Shown piece by piece: positions 17,949 through 24,000 of a stretch of DNA of 24,000 bases. Below the pieces are notes generated by a model. That model saw only the letters and a program-made list of their open reading frames with translations, made no database searches and was not told the origin of the DNA. Made by a program: the position numbers and the translations under genes. How positions within the stretch are numbered: position 1 is the first letter of the stretch; each line of letters opens with the position of its first letter. The DNA is from Bacillota bacterium (GTDB taxonomy: Bacteria > Bacillota > Clostridia > Lachnospirales > Lachnospiraceae). The stretch is from contig JAEZWQ010000038.1 of assembly GCA_023420085.1 (NCBI GenBank), positions 14,254 through 38,253 on the forward strand, written 5' to 3'.

Positions 17949-19370
17949 ATGAAAAAATACTCTTTTATAATAATTTTTATTCTTCTTTTTTGTTGTTCTT
18001 GTTCATCAAACAAAAGCCAATTAAAAGAAGAAGCTTCACTGACTCATTTAACAATTCCAATTAGTTATGAGAATATTAGCTTAGATCCTACTCTTGTGTC
18101 AAACGGAGCAGAAAAGAATGTTGTATCTCAACTTTATGATGGATTAACATATATAAATTCTTCAAAAAACTCCGCAAGCCCATTACTAGCAAACTCTTAT
18201 ACACATTCTGAAGATTATAAAATATGGACTTTTGAATTAAGAGAGGGACTTAAATTTTCTGATGGTACTGATATAACGCCTAGTGAAGTAGTTTCCTCAC
18301 TAAAACGTACAGATCTTGCTAGAAGATATAAGAACCTAACCATACATAATGAAAATTATAACATTTTAATAAAAAGCGATAACCCAATGATCTATCTAGA
18401 CGAGTTACTTGCATATCCTAAATATCTAATAACAAAAGAAGGAACAGATTTTAGTGATTATAAAAATATTATTTCCAGCGGCTCTTATAAACTAAAAGAT
18501 TACAAAGATAATACATCCGAATTAATAAGAAATGATAATTATTGGGATAATATCAACACCAAAATAAATAGTGTTACTTATGAATATCAAAAAGATCCTG
18601 AACTTGCCTATCAAATGTCGACACAAGATTTATATGATATTTTTTCGACATCAATGTATGATATTCCTAAATATAAACTTAGATCTATGATCAGTGATCC
18701 AAATATTGTTAAATTTAAAGGTAATAATATTGCATATTTATATCTAAACCCAAATAGTAAAATATTAAATGAGAATCTACGAAAATCTTTAATATTTTCT
18801 TTAGAAAGACAAAGTATAGTCAATACAGACCTTATTGGGTATGAGACTCCGTTAATATCCTTATTTGAAGAAAATAGTTTTTCAGATTATGACACTGATA
18901 CAGCAAGAAAATTTTTTAATGACTCTAATTATAATGATAAGTCTAATGAAAATATTTCTATGCTTATACGAGATAAATATGGAGCTAAAAACATAGCATC
19001 TTTTGTAATAACTAATTGGTATAAATTATTCAAACTTCCAGTTAAAGGTAAGGTTGTAACTGATAAAACATTACTTGAAAGCTTAGATAACGGTTCTTTT
19101 GACATAATTTTAGATATTTATGATTCTACAGATATAAATTCATATGATTTTTTTGATTATATTGCAAATATATATTCAATAAATTATAATAATAATTCAA
19201 TGAATGTTGATGAATTAAAAAATTATGCAAGCAGTTTTGAAAAATCATTACAAAGTAATGCAACTCTTGGTACAATATATAAAAACTCATATGTTATGAA
19301 GATTAATTCAAAAATTAAATTTATTTCTTCTAACTTGTATGGTATAACCTATATTAGAGAAATTCAATGA
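17949..19370 (+). CDS. Family-5 (peptide/nickel/Opp-type) solute-binding lipoprotein with no adjacent ABC components
   Basis: The signal/lipobox-like N-terminus is MKKYSFIIIFILLFCCSCSS. SBP_bac_5 hallmarks are LDPTLV...QLYDGL...SPLLANSYTHSEDYKIWTFELREGLKFSDGTDITPSEV and YKLKDY...LIRNDNYWD. At 473 aa it is somewhat shorter than typical OppA proteins. Confidence 0.75.
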   Translation: MKKYSFIIIFILLFCCSCSSNKSQLKEEASLTHLTIPISYENISLDPTLVSNGAEKNVVSQLYDGLTYINSSKNSASPLLANSYTHSEDYKIWTFELREGLKFSDGTDITPSEVVSSLKRTDLARRYKNLTIHNENYNILIKSDNPMIYLDELLAYPKYLITKEGTDFSDYKNIISSGSYKLKDYKDNTSELIRNDNYWDNINTKINSVTYEYQKDPELAYQMSTQDLYDIFSTSMYDIPKYKLRSMISDPNIVKFKGNNIAYLYLNPNSKILNENLRKSLIFSLERQSIVNTDLIGYETPLISLFEENSFSDYDTDTARKFFNDSNYNDKSNENISMLIRDKYGAKNIASFVITNWYKLFKLPVKGKVVTDKTLLESLDNGSFDIILDIYDSTDINSYDFFDYIANIYSINYNNNSMNVDELKNYASSFEKSLQSNATLGTIYKNSYVMKINSKIKFISSNLYGITYIREIQ

Positions 19371-20272
19371 AAGTGACCAGTATGAATAGAAAATCATTAG
19401 GAATAATATTATCGCTTATTTCAGCATTTGCCTTTGGTGTATCGCCAGTATTTGCTTCAATTGCAATAAGTGCAGGTAGCAATGGAATAATGACAATGTT
19501 TTTAAGGAATTTGCTGCCCATACCAATTCTTTTAATAATTATATTAGTATTTAAAATCAAATTTAGTTTTAATAAAAAGCAAATATTCCAATTAATTATA
19601 CTTAATGTAGTTGGGGGTGCATTTACTGGATGCCTTTTATTTAGCTCCTATCAATATACAGGAATAGGTCTTGCTACCTGCTTGCACTTTGTTTATCCAG
19701 TACTTATAATGATTTCATGTTTAATTATTTTTAAGGAAAGGGTTAATAGCTATAAGATTATAGCCCTTATATTATCAATAATCGGAATCTTTTTTACAGT
19801 TGATATTAATAATTTCAGTGTACGTGGTTTTACATATGCTGTCTTGTCAGGTGTGACCTATGCGTTTTACATCCTTTATATGGATAAGACAGGACTAAAA
19901 GGTTCAAATGTAATAGTTGTAACTCTTTTAGGTTGTATAATCAATACCGTCTGCATTGGCATTTTTGCTATTATATCAAATACATTTACATTAAACATAG
20001 GTATAAAAGGTTTTGCTGCATCTTTTATGGTTTCAGTCTTATCTACCATGGTTGGTGTTGCACTTCTTCAAATGTCACTGCAATTTATAGATTCATCGAC
20101 AGCGGCCATAATGTGTACAATGGAGCCACTAACTAGTGTTTTAATGGGGATATTAATTTTATTAGAACCAATTGGGCTTTTAAAGCTTCTAGGTTGTATT
20201 TTTATAATTGCTGCTGTATTTATTATAGCTATTGATAATAGACGGGGTTATATTGGTAATATGAATAATTGA
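19367..20272 (+). CDS. EamA/DMT-superfamily permease (10-TM)
   Basis: The 301-aa product is two repeated 5-TM halves with a typical EamA N-terminus (GIILSLISAFAFGVSPVFA). Its ATG overlaps the SBP stop as ATGA (19367-19370). An alternative start is ATG 19382 (MNRKSLG...). Confidence 0.8.
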   Translation: MKVTSMNRKSLGIILSLISAFAFGVSPVFASIAISAGSNGIMTMFLRNLLPIPILLIIILVFKIKFSFNKKQIFQLIILNVVGGAFTGCLLFSSYQYTGIGLATCLHFVYPVLIMISCLIIFKERVNSYKIIALILSIIGIFFTVDINNFSVRGFTYAVLSGVTYAFYILYMDKTGLKGSNVIVVTLLGCIINTVCIGIFAIISNTFTLNIGIKGFAASFMVSVLSTMVGVALLQMSLQFIDSSTAAIMCTMEPLTSVLMGILILLEPIGLLKLLGCIFIIAAVFIIAIDNRRGYIGNMNN

Positions 20273-20278
20273 TTGTAG

Positions 20279-20497
20279 GTGTTTATGAATAAAGATAAAA
20301 TTAAAAGATATTCTGCATTACTTGCTGCTATTATATTAGCAATATTATTTATTTCAATGATTGTTGTCGGAATTTTCTTTCCTAGCAACTTCATCGGAAT
20401 TTTTGTAGGATTATTAATAGGCACAACAGTTTTTGCAGTATTTGTATATATAATTATACTTTTTATAAGAATTTCAAAAAGTAATGATGATAAATAG
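20279..20497 (+). CDS. Small hypothetical membrane protein (2 predicted TM helices)
   Basis: The ORF encodes 70-72 aa. The start is either GTG 20279 or, more likely, ATG 20285 preceded by AGGTG. Two hydrophobic stretches (ALLAAIILAILFISMIVVGIFF and GIFVGLLIGTTVFAVFVYIIILFI) are flanked by charged termini. I recognise no family. It lies 6-12 nt after the DMT gene. Confidence 0.5.
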   Translation: MFMNKDKIKRYSALLAAIILAILFISMIVVGIFFPSNFIGIFVGLLIGTTVFAVFVYIIILFIRISKSNDDK

Positions 20498-20530
20498 GTC
20501 TATATGCTTAAGTAAAATATAAAATATTGT

Positions 20531-20634
20531 TAAATAATAAAACGGAGAATATAAATTAAACTGACCTCCAAAAAATTGATTTTTTAGGTCCAACTTTTTG
20601 GGGTCAGTTTAAATGCTCTCCGTTTTATTATTTA
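20531..20634. terminator. Long (~104 nt) near-perfect palindrome, probably a bidirectional terminator between convergent operons
   Basis: The outer arms are an 18-bp perfect inverted repeat: TAAATAATAAAACGGAGA (20531-20548) and TCTCCGTTTTATTATTTA (20617-20634). An inner 11-bp perfect pair is TTAAACTGACC (20556-20566) and GGTCAGTTTAA (20602-20612). Further imperfect pairing occurs between CCAAAAAATTG and CAACTTTTTGG. U-rich tracts follow on both strands. Confidence 0.6.
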
Positions 20635-20638
20635 TAAC

Positions 20639-21409
20639 TTAAAGTTTTATTTCTATTGGCTCTACTTGTGATAACTTCAAAAGTATTTCACTTTTTTTAC
20701 TACAATAAATAGTAATATTTCCCTTTTCATTTTTTTCACAGCGTAATTCTCTCCCTAGAATATTCAATAAATCCTTTGCAGTTTCTTTCGCAGGATTAAT
20801 AAATTGAATTCTAGGTAAAAATTCTCTAATATACTTCTCTATATGGGGATAATGTGTACATCCCATAACTAACGTATCAATATTAGTTGCTTTAATCTCA
20901 GATAAATAATTTTTAATACATAACCTAAGACTTGCAATATCTTTTATACCACCTTCTATTATTGGCACAAATTCAGGACAAGCAATCTCCACAACATTAA
21001 AATTTCCATACTTATTTATACTTTTAGTATAAGCCTTACTCTTTATAGTTGCTTCAGTAGCTATTACAGCAATATTTTTAGATAGACTTTCATTTGCTGC
21101 ATTTCTCGCCCCTGGCTCTATAACCCCTATAACAGGACAATTAACCATGCTCTTGATTTCATCTAAAGCATATGCACTTTCTGTATTACATGCTACAACT
21201 ATAGCCTTTATGTCTTTTTTAATAAGAAATTTACAAATTTCTTTAGCATATCCAACTATAGTTTCAACATCTTTGCTTCCATAAGGTGCTCTTGCAATAT
21301 CACCAAAGTATATAAAATCTTCATTTGGTAATATTTTAATACATTCTTCTAGTACCGTAAGACCACCAACTCCAGAATCAAATATACCAATGGCTCTATT
21401 ATCGCTCAT
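20639..21409 (-). CDS. murI: Glutamate racemase
   Basis: The motifs are IGIFDSGVGGLTV, the catalytic Cys motifs VVACNTES and MGCTHYP, in a 256-aa product. Confidence 0.95.
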   Translation of the reverse strand: MSDNRAIGIFDSGVGGLTVLEECIKILPNEDFIYFGDIARAPYGSKDVETIVGYAKEICKFLIKKDIKAIVVACNTESAYALDEIKSMVNCPVIGVIEPGARNAANESLSKNIAVIATEATIKSKAYTKSINKYGNFNVVEIACPEFVPIIEGGIKDIASLRLCIKNYLSEIKATNIDTLVMGCTHYPHIEKYIREFLPRIQFINPAKETAKDLLNILGRELRCEKNEKGNITIYCSKKSEILLKLSQVEPIEIKL

Positions 21410-21410
21410 A

Positions 21411-22469
21411 CTATCTCTTAAATGCTGTTTCTAATAATGCATCCACAAGTTCTCTTGTAGACATTCCCGCATCCTGTGCCAACATTGGATACATACTTAT
21501 ATTAGTAAATCCAGGCATAGTATTTATCTCATTAAAGACAACTCTATTAGTCCCTTCTTCAATAAAGAAATCCACTCTTGCTAAAGAATAGCAATCTAAT
21601 GTTTCATATATTCTTGTAGATGCTTCAAATATTTTATCATCAACTCCATCTGGTAATTTAGGATCAACTACTGTTTTTGACTCAGAATTTATATATTTAG
21701 CCTCATAAGAATAAAATTTATCAGCTGAGATTATCTCTCCAATAGAAAGGGCTCTTGCAACTCTATCTCCAAATACAGCACATTCTACCTCTCTACCTCT
21801 GATTTCTTCTTCGATCAAAATCACCTTACACTCTTTACTAGCTAAATTAATCGCTGCTTCAAGTCCATCCTTACTTTCAACCCTTGTTATTCCTAAAGAA
21901 GAACCAGAATTAGAAGGTTTTACAAATACAGGATAACCAAACTCATCTTGTATTTGTTTATCTATAGAGTCAATCGTAATATATTCTCTAGTATTTACAG
22001 CAATATATCTAGCTTGATCAATACCTAAATCTGCAACCATTGATTTAGTTACAAATTTATCCAAACATATTGCACTAGATAACACCCCTGAACCTACATA
22101 AGGTATTCCAGCAAGTTCAAGTAGCCCTTGAATCGTTCCATCTTCACCATTTTTTCCATGTAAAACTGGAAAGCAAACATCTATTGAAATAGTATCAATC
22201 AAAACGTCATCTTCAAGAATCATAAGGGCGTGTTTTTCTCTATCTGGCAATAAATAGGCATTTCTATCTCCGTATATCCAAGATTTGTTTTCAATCTCGT
22301 CAACATCTCTTACTAACACCCATCTTCCCATCTTAGTTATACCAACTATATATACATTGTAATCTTCTCTATTTACATTTCTAATTATATTTTTAACTGA
22401 TAATTGCGAAATATCATGTTCATTTGACATTCCACCAAACAGTATTAATAGGTTCTTCTTTACTCTCAT
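21411..22469 (-). CDS. ddl: D-alanine--D-alanine ligase
   Basis: The motifs are FGGMSNEHDISQLS, VLHGKNGEDGTIQG, an ATP-grasp core (VFVKPSNSGSSLGI) and the omega-loop FYSYEAKY. The omega-loop retains the Lys-Tyr pair of D-Ala-D-Ala-specific enzymes. Confidence 0.95.
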   Translation of the reverse strand: MRVKKNLLILFGGMSNEHDISQLSVKNIIRNVNREDYNVYIVGITKMGRWVLVRDVDEIENKSWIYGDRNAYLLPDREKHALMILEDDVLIDTISIDVCFPVLHGKNGEDGTIQGLLELAGIPYVGSGVLSSAICLDKFVTKSMVADLGIDQARYIAVNTREYITIDSIDKQIQDEFGYPVFVKPSNSGSSLGITRVESKDGLEAAINLASKECKVILIEEEIRGREVECAVFGDRVARALSIGEIISADKFYSYEAKYINSESKTVVDPKLPDGVDDKIFEASTRIYETLDCYSLARVDFFIEEGTNRVVFNEINTMPGFTNISMYPMLAQDAGMSTRELVDALLETAFKR

Positions 22470-22478
22470 ACTTCTCCT

Positions 22479-23672
22479 TTATTTTGTAGCGTAGTTATCA
22501 AAGTACCCTTGAATTAGAATAATAGGAGTTCCTTTATCACCGCTACCACTAGTAAGATCACACAAAGATCCAATAAGGTCTGTAAGCCTTCTAGGTGTAG
22601 TTCCTTGAGTAACCATCTGTCCTTTTAAATCATTATCTTTCTTAACAATAGAATCTTCTATAGCCTTTTTTAACTCATCACCAGATAAATCTGCAAAATC
22701 ATTATCTGCAAGATACTTTAATTTAAGTTCATTAGGTCTTCCTTCAAGCCCTTTTGTATATCCTGGTGAAGGTACTGGATCTGCTAGTTCCCAAATTCCG
22801 CCAACTGGATCTTTAAATGCTCCATCTCCATAAACAAGAACTTCGATAAGTTTTCCAGTTCTAGCTTTTAACTCATTTTGTAAATCATATGAAAACTTTT
22901 CAGCATCTCTTGGGAAAAGCTTAACCTTATCTTCAGTAGATTTATTTGATCCTAATAAACCAAATTCTGCATTATATCCACTACCATCTACTGCAGTATT
23001 TAGTATATCATCTAAGCCAAATACCTTTTCAGCTCCAGAAGCTTTTAATATTCTCTTATTTCTATGTCTAGTATGTATATCTGCTGTAAGAACATTTTTT
23101 GTATATTTTAATATTTCTGTAACTTGGTTAGCAAGTATAATCTCAACATCACAATCCATCTCTCTAATTAGTTGCCCATAGTATTCAACATAATCTACGC
23201 CGGTAAACTCATGAGGATTCTTGCCAAATAGTTCTCTGTATTTAGCTTCTGTAAGCACATCAGAGTAAGGATTAAGTCCCTTTTCATCAATTTGATCCCA
23301 AGTTAAAATTTGGTTTCCTACCTCATCAGATGGATAGCTCATTTGTAAGTAAATCTTTTTTACACCTTTTGCAATTCCTCTAAGAAGTATTGAAAATCTG
23401 TTACGACTTGTTATCGGAAATACAACTCCAATCTCATCAGCACCAAATTTTTCTTGTACATCCTTAGCAATTTGTTCAACTGTAGCATAGTTACCTTGAG
23501 CTCTAGCAAGAATAGCCTCTGTTACTCCAACAACATCCCTATCATTAAAAGAAATGTTCCCCTCTTTAGACGCATCCATTAAAGAATCTGCAACGATTTT
23601 TACAAGATCATCTCCTTCTTTAATGATTCCTGTTCTTATACCTCTAGCAACTGTACCGATATGTCTTGACAT
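22479..23672 (-). CDS. CofE-like protein (F420-0:gamma-glutamyl ligase family fold), function unknown in this context
   Basis: The 397-aa product has an N-terminal GIRTGIIKEGDDLVKIV...VVGVTEAILARAQG segment and a C-terminal TSGSGDKGTPIILIQG segment. These resemble the archaeal CofE segments P(L/I)IKEGDDL...ISKAEG and GEGGDGIPAVVVRG as I recall them. It is about 150 aa longer than archaeal CofE, and I saw no nitroreductase-like tail. Confidence 0.55.
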   Translation of the reverse strand: MSRHIGTVARGIRTGIIKEGDDLVKIVADSLMDASKEGNISFNDRDVVGVTEAILARAQGNYATVEQIAKDVQEKFGADEIGVVFPITSRNRFSILLRGIAKGVKKIYLQMSYPSDEVGNQILTWDQIDEKGLNPYSDVLTEAKYRELFGKNPHEFTGVDYVEYYGQLIREMDCDVEIILANQVTEILKYTKNVLTADIHTRHRNKRILKASGAEKVFGLDDILNTAVDGSGYNAEFGLLGSNKSTEDKVKLFPRDAEKFSYDLQNELKARTGKLIEVLVYGDGAFKDPVGGIWELADPVPSPGYTKGLEGRPNELKLKYLADNDFADLSGDELKKAIEDSIVKKDNDLKGQMVTQGTTPRRLTDLIGSLCDLTSGSGDKGTPIILIQGYFDNYATK

Positions 23673-23786
23673 ATACTTACCTCCTAAGTTGAGCTTCTGC
23701 TCTTATTAAATTTACGCAATCTCAGATTGCCTTATATATTATATACTAATTTACTGTTTTTTTGTAGTACATACTTTAAAACATTG

Positions 23787-23870
23787 ATATAAAATTAACA
23801 GGAATATTCTCATATATACTAGCTTTTTGTTACCTCTAGTACTATTTCAAAATTCCTGTTAATTTTATAT
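23787..23870. repeat. 19-bp perfect inverted repeat with a 46-nt spacer (nested 6-bp stem) in an intergenic region
   Basis: ATATAAAATTAACAGGAAT (23787-23805) is the exact reverse complement of ATTCCTGTTAATTTTATAT (23852-23870). An inner pair is TACTAG (23817-23822) and CTAGTA (23836-23841). The element starts 16 nt downstream of the stop of the partial upstream minus-strand gene. Confidence 0.6.
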
Positions 23871-23886
23871 GTTTCTAATATGAATT

Positions 23887-24000
23887 TTAATTTTCTAATT
23901 CTGCATCAAATATCTCTGCTCTTTTGCTCATATCATCCATAAGAGTTTTGTCAAACATTTTTTGAGCATATGGGTAAACAACACCATTTTCTTTATCTAT
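23887..24000 (-). CDS. C-terminal 37 codons of an unidentified protein (5' part outside the window)
   Basis: My minus-strand translation is ...IDKENGVVYPYAQKMFDKTLMDDMSKRAEIFDAELEN, ending at the stop TAA (23889-23887). The frame is open to the window edge. I recognise no family. Confidence 0.5.
   Translation of the reverse strand: MDKENGVVYPYAQKMFDKTLMDDMSKRAEIFDAELEN

Noticed and set aside
19933-20136. 67-aa same-strand alternate-frame ORF inside the EamA gene
   Set aside because: The translation is Tyr/Cys/His-rich and implausible, and there is no RBS. The EamA frame gives a coherent 10-TM protein.
21411-22469. Possibility that ddl is a Van-type D-Ala-D-Lac/D-Ser ligase (resistance gene)
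   Set aside because: The omega-loop reads FYSYEAKY and retains the Lys-Tyr pair characteristic of D-Ala-D-Ala ligases. No vanH/vanX/vanRS-like genes are nearby, and the housekeeping murI is adjacent.
23751-23813. 20-codon minus-strand sORF (MRIFLLILYQCFKVCTTKKQ) overlapping the 19-bp inverted repeat
   Set aside because: There is no Shine-Dalgarno sequence at a usable distance; the nearest GAGGT is about 18 nt upstream. A short ORF like this is expected by chance.
1-24000. Search for CRISPR arrays, tRNA/rRNA genes, IS/transposase/integrase genes, toxin-antitoxin pairs and defence islands
   Set aside because: I saw no direct-repeat arrays. No intergenic gap is long enough for a structured RNA gene other than the palindromes reported above. 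No ORF has recombinase, nuclease or defence-type motifs. The window reads as core chromosome.

Overview
The window is a very AT-rich stretch (about 25-30% GC by eye) of a low-GC Gram-positive chromosome, probably a Clostridia/Tissierellia-like Firmicute. The FemAB, Ddl and MurI genes, the GGAGG ribosome-binding sites and the codon usage support this. It is densely packed with intact genes: 26 CDS, including two cut by the window edges. Almost all are recognisable housekeeping or transport genes. Minus-strand genes from 17395 down to 1 are an M20 dipeptidase, a PRD-type PTS regulator, fructose-type PTS IIA/IIB/IIC, an M24 Xaa-Pro peptidase, a PatB/MalY C-S lyase, a FemAB-family transferase, a small zf-HC2 anti-sigma-like protein, polA, coaE, a YycJ-like MBL hydrolase, a MATE efflux pump, bcp, yaaA, a hemolysin-III-family protein and a partial mobA-like gene. 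Plus-strand genes from 17580 to 20497 are trxA, a family-5 solute-binding lipoprotein, an EamA/DMT permease and a 72-aa membrane protein. Minus-strand genes from 24000 down to 20639 are a partial unknown CDS, a CofE-like (F420-0:gamma-glutamyl ligase family) protein, ddl and murI. I saw no rRNA or tRNA genes, CRISPR arrays, transposases, integrases, phage genes or obvious defence genes, and no intergenic gap exceeds about 215 nt. This is therefore not an obvious accessory island. The candidates for something undescribed are unusual gene associations, not novel folds. (1) An SBP, a DMT permease and a small membrane protein form a translationally coupled trio that resembles TRAP/TTT tripartite logic. 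(2) A CofE-like amide ligase is operonic with ddl and murI. (3) A fructose-type PTS is wired to two peptidases and a C-S lyase. (4) An orphan tail-anchored ZAS-type anti-sigma-like protein is coupled to FemAB. Two long palindromic intergenic elements are also noted. All functional calls rest on motif recognition by eye. No database search was run.
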